Positions 48,542 to 59,039 of a DNA stretch of 64,000 bases are shown here, one piece after another. The notes under the pieces are model-generated. The model saw only the letters and a list, made by a program, of their open reading frames with translations, was not told the DNA's origin and did not search any database. Position numbers and translations under genes: made by a program. The stretch covers positions 165,309 through 229,308 of the forward strand of contig CAZQQT010000002.1 of assembly GCA_964595645.1 (NCBI GenBank), in the 5' to 3' direction. Position 1 is the stretch's first letter. Every line of letters begins with the position of its first letter. Source of the DNA: an uncultured Thermococci archaeon (lineage in GTDB: Archaea; Methanobacteriota_B; Thermococci; Methanofastidiosales; B48-G16).

Positions 48542-49996
48542 TTAAATATCAAGTTCGTTGAACTCAAACTGATCAAACCCCTCTTTTTTCATCTCATCTC
48601 TGGTAAAGAGATCGATCTTTGCAGGGATGGGGAATGGAACAGAGATCCCTGTGATGATGGCCTCTCCGATCTCGAGTCGTTTCATCTCTTTTTTAAACTC
48701 GGTGAGATCGTTTTCCGAGGAGAGCACCAGATGGTCTCTGTCCTTTACGTTGGTGAGGAGCATAATGATAATGGTATTTAATTGTGCCAGCACGTCCTCG
48801 AATACCTTCTGTGGCATCTGATCTACGATACAGAGCCCCAAATTGAACTTTCTCCCCTCTCTCACAATGGTAGAGAATACTGTTTTTTTCGCCGTCTCTT
48901 TGTTGAGGAGCTTGTGCGCCTCCTCAAGGACAAGGAGTGTTTCTTTCGCTTCTTTTCCTCCCTTTTTAAATCTTTTATATCTATTGAGCAAAAATCGTGA
49001 GATGATAGATGTGATCAGCTTGATAACCCAATCATCATGCTCATAATCTCCAAAATCTACCACAATCGTTTTATCACGTTGTATTTTTTGCAAAATGTAG
49101 TTCAATGAATCAAATGCTCTTCCCACAAACTCGTAATCCACGATGATTTCAATCTTTCGTTGGAGTGCCAACACTGTAGCGATTTGAATCCGCTGATCGA
49201 AATCCTCCACGATCTCCTCCGCTTCTGTGTCCGAGAGGTACTCTACCCAGTCTCCTCGATGGCGTTTGTAGATGAGGGCGACGGCGTCCTTCTGTGCCTC
49301 GGTGAGCGGTGTCATCACCTTTACATCAGTGGGTGTGATCATCTGGAGCGGGACGGTGAGGGACACATCGCTCTCGCTCCCGGGAAGTCCTACCACAATG
49401 ACACCCTCCATTCCCCCAAATCCCTTTGTGTACCCATACTCACCGTGCACGTCGAATATGAGAGACGGAAGCCTGTGCGTGATCATTTCTTTGATAATCA
49501 CTTTGACGGTGTTTGATTTTCCACTCCCGGTCTTGCCAAAGACTCCTGCATGTTTGGTGATAAAGGACTCGATATCTATCTTTATCGGGAGTTCCATGTT
49601 TCGCAGTTTCCCTATTTTTAAATAGTCCTTTCCTTCTTTCAAAAGAAAGTGGAGATCCTTCTCCTTTGCTTCCCTCACCTGCGAGAGAAACTTCGGGATC
49701 GTCTTTGCAGGTTTTATTCCCGAGTCGAGAACACCGAGGATACCGCACTCTGCAGCGTAGTAAAACTGATCACCAAAGAGACTTTCCATTTCTCCCATTT
49801 TATCGGTGAGCACGGCCATTTTATCCGGAAGATTAGGTTCTCCGATGTTCTTGGAGTAAATTGAGGAAACTCTTGCCAAATAGGTGTGTTCCGATTCAAC
49901 TACTAGCAAATCCCCCATATGAATCTCTTCAATATCCTCAAGAAGGATTCTCGTAGTGATCGTGTCGTCATCAGCGCCGATTACTTTCCCAATCAT
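48542..49996 (-). CDS. HerA-family ATPase (HAS barrel + DUF87)
   Basis: H.GVFGKTGSGKS, FDVHGEY, LEEAH, REGRKF, DQ.P. Confidence 0.88.
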   Translation of the reverse strand: MIGKVIGADDDTITTRILLEDIEEIHMGDLLVVESEHTYLARVSSIYSKNIGEPNLPDKMAVLTDKMGEMESLFGDQFYYAAECGILGVLDSGIKPAKTIPKFLSQVREAKEKDLHFLLKEGKDYLKIGKLRNMELPIKIDIESFITKHAGVFGKTGSGKSNTVKVIIKEMITHRLPSLIFDVHGEYGYTKGFGGMEGVIVVGLPGSESDVSLTVPLQMITPTDVKVMTPLTEAQKDAVALIYKRHRGDWVEYLSDTEAEEIVEDFDQRIQIATVLALQRKIEIIVDYEFVGRAFDSLNYILQKIQRDKTIVVDFGDYEHDDWVIKLITSIISRFLLNRYKRFKKGGKEAKETLLVLEEAHKLLNKETAKKTVFSTIVREGRKFNLGLCIVDQMPQKVFEDVLAQLNTIIIMLLTNVKDRDHLVLSSENDLTEFKKEMKRLEIGEAIITGISVPFPIPAKIDLFTRDEMKKEGFDQFEFNELDI

Positions 49997-51294
49997 ATCC
50001 CATACTTTCTCTTTATTCTTTTATACTTTTTTTCCACATTCTGCGATCGTTTCTTTTTGTAGTACTGGAGTACGAGAATCATGTTAAGGAACAAAAGAAG
50101 CGCGATTCCTGCGACCAGTGCAGTAATTGTTGTACCGGCATTCGTATTTTGAGGGACAGTTTTGACTACTGTTGTGGGAGATGAGCTTCCTGTGTGGACG
50201 TTATTAGAGAAAGTACTCAAAAGATTCTCTATTTCAGATACCTTTTCTGTATCGCCGAGTTTCTTATAGTATTCTATCGCCTCGCTGAGGAAAGAGTAGG
50301 CTTTCGTGTATTTCTCCTCTTCCAAGAGTTTTTTTCCATCTCTTTCATAGCTGTGGGCAACAATGTACGTTTCGCATCGTTCTTTTTCTTCATCGTCTTT
50401 GAGTAAACAGTAATAGTAGTAGGCTTCGAAGTACTCACCTTCGTTCATAAGAGACATGGCACTCTCCCTGTACATCTGCGGCTCTGATTTGGACATGCCG
50501 TAGTCACCAAAGTTAACCATTCTGGTCATCGAATTGTTTTCCTTGTTTTCGTCATACACAAGACAGTTGATGGAGATGGTATGTTCGCCACTTTCGAGTT
50601 TCCACGGGAAGACGGCTTCTTTTAAACTTTCAATTTCGAGCTGTTTTCTGTCTATTTCTTCGTCATCAATAGAAAAAATGATCTTGAAATCCTTCTTCTC
50701 CCCGTCGTTACTCAAAAGGACATGAAACTCTACATCTTTATCGTTTACGGTATAATCAAGATTTTTTATGGTGAGGTCGCCTAAATAGTGGACTTCCGTT
50801 TCCAGTGCTAATGTTGTCACACCGGCTTTGGACTCCACTTCAACCTCTGTCGTGTACACACCGTTCTCACAGGAGGACGGTGGGAAGATTTCTAACAGGA
50901 TCTCCTCCGTTGCACCTTCTTCCAGCACCACACTGTTTTTTGAGATATCACCGAACCATCCTGAGGGCCTATCATACCGGATTCTTACTGTGTCCATGTC
51001 TCCTTTGTTCTTGATGGTGATTGTGTACTCTGCGATTTCATCCAGTGCGATTGTTTGGTGATCGTTCTCACAGGAAACCTCGATTTCGTAAGTTGGAGGT
51101 GCGGTAGTCCGTGTGTGGGTCTGACGAGGAGGAGGTGTTGTAGTAGGATCTGGATCAGGGTCGTCTGGCGGACCTGGTGGGGGTCCAGGAGGATCATCCG
51201 CACTTATCATAAACGAAGGATTATACGACGCTACTACGATTCCTACCACGATAAATAGTATGCCTGTCGTGATGACTTTCCTGTGCATATCCAT
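49993..51294 (-). CDS. Membrane-anchored surface protein (Pro-rich, NEW3/CARDB-like, TPR-like, C-terminal TM)
   Basis: Signal peptide, PPGPPPGPP, Ig-like strands, helical repeats, C-terminal TM with basic tail. Confidence 0.8.
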   Translation of the reverse strand: MDMHRKVITTGILFIVVGIVVASYNPSFMISADDPPGPPPGPPDDPDPDPTTTPPPRQTHTRTTAPPTYEIEVSCENDHQTIALDEIAEYTITIKNKGDMDTVRIRYDRPSGWFGDISKNSVVLEEGATEEILLEIFPPSSCENGVYTTEVEVESKAGVTTLALETEVHYLGDLTIKNLDYTVNDKDVEFHVLLSNDGEKKDFKIIFSIDDEEIDRKQLEIESLKEAVFPWKLESGEHTISINCLVYDENKENNSMTRMVNFGDYGMSKSEPQMYRESAMSLMNEGEYFEAYYYYCLLKDDEEKERCETYIVAHSYERDGKKLLEEEKYTKAYSFLSEAIEYYKKLGDTEKVSEIENLLSTFSNNVHTGSSSPTTVVKTVPQNTNAGTTITALVAGIALLLFLNMILVLQYYKKKRSQNVEKKYKRIKRKYGI

Positions 51295-51356
51295 GTGATC
51301 TCACTCATCCTTTAAATACTTTGCTATTCATTACTGCATAATTTTACTATACAATA

Positions 51357-54206
51357 CTAACCAATTTCCCATACAACATCGGTATACGCATAGATCCAGT
51401 ACCCTCGTCCGGTCTCAAAGTTCTGGAACTGTTGTTCCCCTTCACAGTCATGCCACTGGTATTCTTGCAATGTGGGATTGTACCGGTAGATCCACGAGTT
51501 GAAGTCCGGATCGGTCAGTGTAGCGACCGCATCATCTACATCCTGATCCTCCAAAGGCCACCCTATAAGATTCCACCCATCTTTTAAGGGTATCTCTGTG
51601 ATATCCCGTCGCACCCCGGTGATCTCCCATACAACATCGGTATACGCATAGATCCAGTACCCTCGTCCGGTCTCAAAGTTCTGGAACTGTTGTTCCCCTT
51701 CACAGTCATGCCACTGGTATTCTTGCAATGTGGGATTGTACCGGTAGATCCACGAGTTGAAGTCCGGATCGGTCAGTGTAGCGACCGCATCATCTACATC
51801 CTGATCCTCCAACGGCCACCCTATAAGATTCCATCCTTCTTTTAATGGAATTTCCATTGTTGTTTCTATTGCAAATGAGAAGCACTCTCCACCGTTATTA
51901 TCCTTTCGCGTGACGTCGCCTGTCGATTCAACCTCAAAATAGTATCTTCCCGATGCGAGCTCGGGCAGCGTGATCGCATGAGCTGTCACCAGCGTTGCAT
52001 TAGTTTCTTCGGTCATATTCCCTATCTCACCATATCGCACTGTACTATTGCTCGCGAAGTCCGTATCCCACGTGATTGTCGTCGCGTTCCCATCAACAGT
52101 TGCTTGGACATTTTTTATTCCATCAATGGTGAAATTCGCGTCAGAGAAAGGTCCCCACTCTCCCGTTGAGGCACGCACGTGCACGGTCTGTTCCCCGTCG
52201 TACAGTCCATCGAGAGGAATCGTACCGTTGAGATCTTCCACTGTTGAGTCAAAGGATCCGTCCTTTGCGAAGAGCGGAATTGGATCTCCTGCGAGATCGA
52301 GATAACATTCTGCATCCACAATCGTGGAGTTATTGGACTCTGCAGTGCATGCAATTGTCGGATCGAGGTAACAGGGATCAGGAGCAATGGTGATATTTGA
52401 GATAATAGGATCGGGGACAAGGGGCGTTTCTACCGAGAGTGATGGATCGCCATAGAGGTTAAACCCAAAGAGGTTCTGCCATCCATGCCAGCCAAATGGG
52501 TTGGTGAGCGCGTTCTTTCCGTCGTACAGCGCTTTTCCTGCTGACTCTCCGTTGTTAACGAGATGATCGATGTAGGCGTACCCGATACATGCATTATCTG
52601 TTATCCCGTTATTGTCCCAGGTCCCCAGTAAGTACCAGCTGCTTCGCGAGGCGCTTACCGTCCCAATTGCCCCCACCTTCAGCAAGGTATATCCTAGATT
52701 GTTCGGATCTTCGGGATATCCATTGAGACAAGATGCGTGGTAGGTAAACGTCTCTGTATTTGGTACGGTATCAGAGGAGGAGATAAAGGATGGAGTTATC
52801 ATTTCAGAACTTTCAGGTACTCCATTCTCATTATTATCAGCATTCCAGTACTTTCGTGCTGCCACTGTGTTATTTCCGTGACCATACCACAATACGATCC
52901 CATAATCATTTCCCCACTGGCTGAGAAGCGTGGATTTTGTGAGTGGTGCGTCATATCCATAGGCTCCCGTTGGGACAGGCTCGAGACCGGATCTCTCGTA
53001 CATCACGTAGTTACCGTAGCCATTCGGATTCGCGATGTTCGTGATTACTTCTTCAGGTAAATTCAGGCCGTCTGTCCTTTCATGCCCACTGTGATCTTCA
53101 TTTTGGTAGTTCAAAATTGCCATCGGGAGCATGATCTTCTTTGCCACACCATCGTAGTTAATGAATTTATCCAGAATAGTATCTAATGTGGTGTAATCTG
53201 ATCCGTACACGGGCACTCGTCCCACGTACACCTCAGGACCGAAGTCAACACCAGTGTCCTGTCCATACTCACCATAGTGTCCATCACCGTCCGAGTCCCA
53301 ATTTCCTGTGAGATCGGCGTAGAAGTAGTCGGTTGGAGTACGGTCTGCGGTACTCCCGGGATTGGGCCAACACATCATCATCGGTACGTCACCTGTGGGT
53401 GCGGGATCTCCAATTAACAGCACGTACTGCGCCTGTAAACTGCTGTAGTTGTTACTCAGCCAGTTTCGGATGTTCACAGCGCGTTGCTGTCCCGTCACAG
53501 TCCCGTACTCTGTTTCTGTGATTGTCGTGACGGTGAACCCTCTATTCTGGAGGAAAGTGATGAATTCGTTCAATTTTGCACTATTGTTCACTACCGCATT
53601 TGTGGTAACAATCACGTATCCCCCATCTGCTGATGGCGTTATTTGTTCGACGGTATCCCCTGCCCCCCACGAGATCTCAACGGTCACCTTCTCGGTCACG
53701 TGGAGCGCTCCTGTTACTGGGTTGTACCGGATCGGCGTAAATTGAACTCTGACAAATTTTGAATCTCGTATCTGATACGTTCTCAGTTTTTCCACAGGTG
53801 AACCAGGATAAAACGTCTCTTTTTCGTAAATACTGATATCTTTCCCATTTTTTATGGTGTCACTATCGTATGTCTTTCCATTGGAGGAATCTGTCGCAAT
53901 CAGGGGCATGGGCTTGATCTCATAGTTCCCATAGATCATCTCTGTACTCTGCTTCACGACGTGTATCTGTACTGTTTCTAGATCTGCGTCGGCGGGAAGA
54001 GCGATATCGTACGTATTCTGCGGTAGCGAAGGAGCTCCAGGTGCGCCACGAGTATAAAAGCCCTCCATTTGGATTGTACCATTTTCGATCGTGTAATTGT
54101 TGCAGGTGAGAATGACGTTCTGCGTTCTCTCGCTATTCTGCCCACCAATCACTGAAAAAATAGATAGTACCATGATGGAACAGAGTATCAGTGCTTTCAC
54201 TTTCAT
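51357..54206 (-). CDS. Secreted C25 (gingipain-family) cysteine peptidase
   Basis: Propeptide PGAPSLP, YVLLIGD, TDYFYADL, VGRVP; dyad GHG and SCLNG; NLYGDP; FN3-like domain; two GWNLIG repeats. Confidence 0.9.
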   Translation of the reverse strand: MKVKALILCSIMVLSIFSVIGGQNSERTQNVILTCNNYTIENGTIQMEGFYTRGAPGAPSLPQNTYDIALPADADLETVQIHVVKQSTEMIYGNYEIKPMPLIATDSSNGKTYDSDTIKNGKDISIYEKETFYPGSPVEKLRTYQIRDSKFVRVQFTPIRYNPVTGALHVTEKVTVEISWGAGDTVEQITPSADGGYVIVTTNAVVNNSAKLNEFITFLQNRGFTVTTITETEYGTVTGQQRAVNIRNWLSNNYSSLQAQYVLLIGDPAPTGDVPMMMCWPNPGSTADRTPTDYFYADLTGNWDSDGDGHYGEYGQDTGVDFGPEVYVGRVPVYGSDYTTLDTILDKFINYDGVAKKIMLPMAILNYQNEDHSGHERTDGLNLPEEVITNIANPNGYGNYVMYERSGLEPVPTGAYGYDAPLTKSTLLSQWGNDYGIVLWYGHGNNTVAARKYWNADNNENGVPESSEMITPSFISSSDTVPNTETFTYHASCLNGYPEDPNNLGYTLLKVGAIGTVSASRSSWYLLGTWDNNGITDNACIGYAYIDHLVNNGESAGKALYDGKNALTNPFGWHGWQNLFGFNLYGDPSLSVETPLVPDPIISNITIAPDPCYLDPTIACTAESNNSTIVDAECYLDLAGDPIPLFAKDGSFDSTVEDLNGTIPLDGLYDGEQTVHVRASTGEWGPFSDANFTIDGIKNVQATVDGNATTITWDTDFASNSTVRYGEIGNMTEETNATLVTAHAITLPELASGRYYFEVESTGDVTRKDNNGGECFSFAIETTMEIPLKEGWNLIGWPLEDQDVDDAVATLTDPDFNSWIYRYNPTLQEYQWHDCEGEQQFQNFETGRGYWIYAYTDVVWEITGVRRDITEIPLKDGWNLIGWPLEDQDVDDAVATLTDPDFNSWIYRYNPTLQEYQWHDCEGEQQFQNFETGRGYWIYAYTDVVWEIG
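51367..51833. repeat. Near-identical direct repeat, 258-bp period (about 51367-51575 and 51625-51833)
   Basis: One mismatch seen in about 209 bp; encodes two 86-aa GWNLIGWP modules. Confidence 0.9.
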
Positions 54207-54256
54207 ATGGTTCCCTTCTTCAACGCACGTATCACCACTATGGTACCTTTATCTTT

Positions 54257-54877
54257 TTATAGGTTCTGCACATCTATAATGAACTCAAATACCGTGGTGT
54301 CGTTTCGCAGAATGAGTGTGATTGTCTCTGCATTTTCTTCGAGTTTGGTGAATGTAATGTACCCTTCCTTTCCATCTCCCGATTCTATTTTTCCCCAATC
54401 CTTCGAACTGGGCATTGAGAGGACTACGTACTCGTTTTGTGCGTTGTCTCTGATCACACTTGTGATATTTGGGTAAAACTCGATGGCGCTGTTGCCACCG
54501 TTCTGTATGAAAATTTCTACGCGTAGATGATCTTCTGACGGTCCAGAGCTCCCGTACTTCGGCTCATTCACATAGTAGAGCCTTTTGATAGTAATTGTAA
54601 TATTATTCTGTGTTTTCGCTTCATTCACTACAAGCTCTCGTTCCGGTGTTTGGGATGGTGTAGGCGAGGGTGTCACCGATTCAGTGGCTGGAGGAGTTGT
54701 GGGTGCTGCCGTGGTGGTCGGAGGTGCTGAGGTTGTAGGTGCTTGTGTTGTTGGAGGTGCAGTCGTCGTTGGCGCCGTGGTGGTTGGAGGCGATGTCGTT
54801 TCTGCGGTTTCTTCAGAGATACATAATGAGCATACCACTACCAGTACGATACCAACGGAGATCAGTGTAGATTTCAT
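54257..54877 (-). CDS. Probable lipoprotein with Thr/Pro linker and DUF4352-like domain
   Basis: MKSTLIS...CSLCIS, TTAP repeats, L.VEI.IQN.G. Confidence 0.75.
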   Translation of the reverse strand: MKSTLISVGIVLVVVCSLCISEETAETTSPPTTTAPTTTAPPTTQAPTTSAPPTTTAAPTTPPATESVTPSPTPSQTPERELVVNEAKTQNNITITIKRLYYVNEPKYGSSGPSEDHLRVEIFIQNGGNSAIEFYPNITSVIRDNAQNEYVVLSMPSSKDWGKIESGDGKEGYITFTKLEENAETITLILRNDTTVFEFIIDVQNL

Positions 54878-54939
54878 AGAAAGAGAACAGTCTTCACATT
54901 TAAAAATCTTATTCTGCAAAATAGAAAAAAGAAAAAAAG

Positions 54940-57900
54940 TTATGAAAGTTGCGCTTTTATCTGTTCTAATAGTTCAATGGCTCTTAACAGTTCGTCGTTG
55001 GCGTATACGTAGTTGTTCGTGGTGTTCGCGTTGTTGATGTGTTCCTGCACGTCATCTAGCATCGTCTGGATGTCATTGGGTACTGGATCGGGCAGTAATT
55101 CCTGTATCTCCTCGAGTAATGTGTGTGTTTTGTCTAGGTGGTACATTGCGACTGGCATCATATCAGTTGCAGGGCTCTTATACATTAATTTATAGGTAAT
55201 GGTAAGCTGCGGTTTGTAGCAGACACCAAGACTTCCTGCGTCCTGTCGGTATCCAGTATCCCAGCTCATTAATGAGTCGCCTGTCGTTGCACCGTCAAAC
55301 CGGAAGGTCACCAGATCTTTTCTCGTCTCCCCGTCGTTCAATAGATCAGCTGTGAGTGTGTAGGGGCCGTACCCTTGTCCCGGCGCGTGGTATGCCAGTG
55401 TTGCGGTATTCCATGATGCGACTGTTCCAAGTATTGGAGCTGTGTGTATTTCGCTGTAGATATCGCCAATGTTGTTAAATCTGTTCCATATATCGTACTG
55501 GTAGTCAATGAGGTTGCAACTCCACATGTCGCTTCCAGCTAACTGGTCATCCTGTTTGAAGAACGACAGCTGTGCGTTGGTAATTTTCGCGTTCGGTGGG
55601 AGATCGCTTAGATCGAACTGCATCACACCGTGACGGATACCAGCATACGTCGTGTTGTGACCTGTCCACATATCGTCGTCGTCCAGTACCGTGCCGTACG
55701 TTTGTTCTGCCACGTAACCTGCGTGGTACTGCGGCGGCGTGTAGATCACGGGCGTTGTGAAGCTGTGCGGTCCGGAACACGCGGTGTTTCCCGCTTGGTC
55801 GGTGGAACAGACCTCGTAGTAGTAGGTAGCACCCATCTCCAGTCCATCGAACTCCGCGAAATGAAATGTTGTGAGCGTCGAGTCAGAAACGGTGTTCCCA
55901 TACGCGGGCGTTGTACCCCAGTGTACTACTGTATCAGCGATTTCATCCGTGGTCCACGTGATTTCAATGCTTTGGTCGTTGCAGGGATTTGCGACAATGC
56001 TACTGATCACTGGAGGACTCTGATCGATGGTTGCGGTGTCAGTTCTCGTTCCTGCAGGACTTGCATCATTATAGGAGACTGTGATGGTGTCAGGTTCTCC
56101 TACGTAGAGGATACCATCATTGTTCGATGTGCCCGTTGTAGGATCACAGGGATGCGTCCCTTGGAAAATTCCTTGAGTACTCGTTTCTATGAGCGTTACC
56201 GTCTCGGAGTCGCCAGTACTGCTACTGGTTACTGTCACAGTTGCCGTACCACTTCCTGCAAGGTCAGCATCTGCCAGTGTCATATCCAACGTATCTGTGG
56301 TCTGATAGAAGTCCTGGCCGAACTGCACGTAGCCCTGTGACTGAAGGAAGTTTCCAGAGGCTGCCAGCGCGTACGGCTGTACGTTCCATCCCGGTGTCAC
56401 CTGATCCGTCTGAAAGGCCACAACAAAGATGGTGTACGTTCCGGGGTCAGGGTTGTCGATCCGTACCTTCTGCACGGTATCGGGGTAGATGACTCCTGGA
56501 TTCTTCACTGACTCTCCATTAGCAAAGTTGCCACTCCCACTGAGATAGTAGTCGGTGCCGTTAGGGTGATCCACCTCGACGTACATGTAGTTGACCATCT
56601 GGTACGTCGATCCTGCGGTACCTGGCGGATCGGTGTAGGCAAGTGTCACATCCAGCGGCTCACCTGGTAGTACAGTCACGGTGTACACCTTGAAGTACGG
56701 CTGTACGCTGCCTGAACCGTCCAGACCCGTGGTGTTATCGTCTACCAGCAGAGATCGTGTATCACCTGAGAAGTACAGCGCATTATCTAACAAGACACGT
56801 CCCCATCCCTGGCCGTCGCCTGGGATCGTTCCACCTGTGTTTGCGCCGGTCATAGGCTCTGCGCTGTTTACCATCGTCGCCTTCATCATCGCAGCAGTTG
56901 GTGTGAAGCCGCCGCTTCCTTGGAACGCTGTGGACGCACCAACCGGGTTGTAGTTTCCTGTCATGTAGTAATCCCGTACTAAGGCACAGCATCCCGCGAC
57001 CGTAGGTGCCGCCATACTTGTCCCTGCGTAGCCGGCAAGACCATCGTTTGGTGAGGTGCCGTCTGTGACATTGTTATTCGCTGCTGAGAAAATGTAGTAT
57101 CCCGGTGCACAGACATCAGGTTTAATCCGTCCCCAGCCTCCTGTTGGTCCCCAGCTGGAGAAATACGCAACGTTTTCAGCGTCATGGTTGTAGCCATCAT
57201 TCGTCGTTTCGGTGGCACCGATACTGAGACAGTTCTTTGCCGTTCCTGGGGGCGTGATTGTGCCAGTGCCAGGACCATCGTTCCCGTTGGAATAGATCAC
57301 GAGAAAGTTCGGATTGTTCCACATCATCTCGTCGACGTCTTGCGAGTACGAGCTGTACTCTCCATAGTTTCCGCCACCCCACGAGTTGCTGTGGATATAC
57401 GCACCGTCATTCATCGCTTGTGTGAACAATCCTGGGGATCCTGGGTACATAACCCCGTTGACCATGCCGGATGGATTCGGATCGTTTAGATCAGGGGGTC
57501 CGTACACATATGGCGAATCAGATCTACCGAGATCTTGGAACACGAGTCGCGCGTCATAGGCGTTTCCCTCGTAGAAGTCGTATCCAGCGGAGGGTGTAAT
57601 TCCTAAGGCACCCCAGGTGGGAAGCGGTGTTCCTGTTTCCCACTCACCAGCGACGGTACCACATACGTGAGAACCGTGTCCTTGGTTGTAGTCCCAGTCG
57701 CAGTTGACAATCTGACAGTTCGGATCGGTGCCGTTGTAGTATCCATCTCCAGGATCGTAATAGTCTCCACTTGGATCACTCACCAATGTTCCTGTCTGGT
57801 ACCAGGGATAGTACACATGAACTTTTCTCTGGTTTGGATCTGGTGTGGTACTCGGTAACCCATCTGTTGAGTCCCAGAACATCAGATGATCGGCATCAAT

Positions 57901-58668
57901 GCCGGTATCCGATACCGCAACGAGCTGTCCATCACCAGTGATACCATTGTCGAAGATCTTTCTATTAGGATATTGATTCGTTTGGACGATCCACGTATCA
58001 TTGTCGTTCTGCACGGTCATTCGATGTCTCTCTTCGATCCACTGCACCCCGGTAATCGATGCGATATTAGTTAGATCACCTGTTGCAATAATTCTATTAT
58101 TGGTGTACGCGTAGACCGTTCCTCCTCCGAGCGTTATCTGACTAATCACCTCACTGACATCCTCACCCGGAAAGAGATGGATCACAAACTGATCGGTTTC
58201 TGTATCATACATTTGTGGATTTCCTTTTTCCGGTATCGGACCTTTCTTTTCCGGTGTGTCTTCGTATATGTTCGGATCGATCTTGTACTCCGGTTTGTAC
58301 TCACCAATCCAGTCCACGTATTCTGAGCTCACTGTTTCACCTAGTTCTGTAGGTGTCATTTTCATAATGTACGCGTTGAATGGTACTGGGCCAACGAACT
58401 CTCCCGTAGCCATTGTCCGTGCTGGTTGTTGGGCAAAGTGAACAATATAGTATGCCGGTGTATCTCCTAAATAAGAGGCAGCTTTGCTTATCTTCGGCTC
58501 TTTGCGCATATTTATTTCCGTAGAATTTAGCAATATTTTGTTTTCATCTTTAGCTATCGATACTTTAGCCTTAGGTTCTTCATTTTCATCTGCAGAAAAC
58601 GATACCATTGAAAACAACAGTATGAAAGACAACACTAAAGCCATTCCTATTTTCAATTTTACTCTCAT
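54940..58668 (-). CDS. Secreted S8 subtilase (KP-43-like) with FN3-like and helical C-terminal domains
   Basis: Triad [21 protein letters not shown]; HSNSWG, TAKN, GRIKPD, QGWGRV. Confidence 0.95.
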   Translation of the reverse strand: MRVKLKIGMALVLSFILLFSMVSFSADENEEPKAKVSIAKDENKILLNSTEINMRKEPKISKAASYLGDTPAYYIVHFAQQPARTMATGEFVGPVPFNAYIMKMTPTELGETVSSEYVDWIGEYKPEYKIDPNIYEDTPEKKGPIPEKGNPQMYDTETDQFVIHLFPGEDVSEVISQITLGGGTVYAYTNNRIIATGDLTNIASITGVQWIEERHRMTVQNDNDTWIVQTNQYPNRKIFDNGITGDGQLVAVSDTGIDADHLMFWDSTDGLPSTTPDPNQRKVHVYYPWYQTGTLVSDPSGDYYDPGDGYYNGTDPNCQIVNCDWDYNQGHGSHVCGTVAGEWETGTPLPTWGALGITPSAGYDFYEGNAYDARLVFQDLGRSDSPYVYGPPDLNDPNPSGMVNGVMYPGSPGLFTQAMNDGAYIHSNSWGGGNYGEYSSYSQDVDEMMWNNPNFLVIYSNGNDGPGTGTITPPGTAKNCLSIGATETTNDGYNHDAENVAYFSSWGPTGGWGRIKPDVCAPGYYIFSAANNNVTDGTSPNDGLAGYAGTSMAAPTVAGCCALVRDYYMTGNYNPVGASTAFQGSGGFTPTAAMMKATMVNSAEPMTGANTGGTIPGDGQGWGRVLLDNALYFSGDTRSLLVDDNTTGLDGSGSVQPYFKVYTVTVLPGEPLDVTLAYTDPPGTAGSTYQMVNYMYVEVDHPNGTDYYLSGSGNFANGESVKNPGVIYPDTVQKVRIDNPDPGTYTIFVVAFQTDQVTPGWNVQPYALAASGNFLQSQGYVQFGQDFYQTTDTLDMTLADADLAGSGTATVTVTSSSTGDSETVTLIETSTQGIFQGTHPCDPTTGTSNNDGILYVGEPDTITVSYNDASPAGTRTDTATIDQSPPVISSIVANPCNDQSIEITWTTDEIADTVVHWGTTPAYGNTVSDSTLTTFHFAEFDGLEMGATYYYEVCSTDQAGNTACSGPHSFTTPVIYTPPQYHAGYVAEQTYGTVLDDDDMWTGHNTTYAGIRHGVMQFDLSDLPPNAKITNAQLSFFKQDDQLAGSDMWSCNLIDYQYDIWNRFNNIGDIYSEIHTAPILGTVASWNTATLAYHAPGQGYGPYTLTADLLNDGETRKDLVTFRFDGATTGDSLMSWDTGYRQDAGSLGVCYKPQLTITYKLMYKSPATDMMPVAMYHLDKTHTLLEEIQELLPDPVPNDIQTMLDDVQEHINNANTTNNYVYANDELLRAIELLEQIKAQLS

Positions 58669-58850
58669 GTATATTCCTCCTTTTAAAATCTGAAAGGGTC
58701 AAAGACTTTATGTGTTTTTCATATATAAAACTTTCGGAAGTAAAGACTCCTTTCCCATTTTCATTTTTTTGATACTTTTATCTATTCACATTATTTTCCT
58801 AAATGATTATATTCTTCCCTCTATAATAGAATGAAAACAAAAAGTTATAG

Positions 58851-58872
58851 TTTCCTCCATAAATGGAGGAAA
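58851..58872. promoter_or_regulatory. Perfect 10-2-10 palindrome, candidate operator
   Basis: TTTCCTCCAT-AA-ATGGAGGAAA in the divergent S8/permease spacer. Confidence 0.45.
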
Positions 58873-59039
58873 AAGATATTTTATTCTCTTTTTCACGGAT
58901 TTTTAGCTATTTTTATGACCCGATAGGATGTTGCACCACATTTACGGGTCGATAAATATCTCAAAACGGGCGAAACGTATTCTTTCTCTCTTCTAGCGCG
59001 ACACACAAACCTTTAATAATACCCTCTAAAAGTACCACC

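Noticed and set aside
48542-49996. HerA-based anti-phage system
   Set aside because: No Sir2, nuclease or DUF4297-like partner is adjacent.
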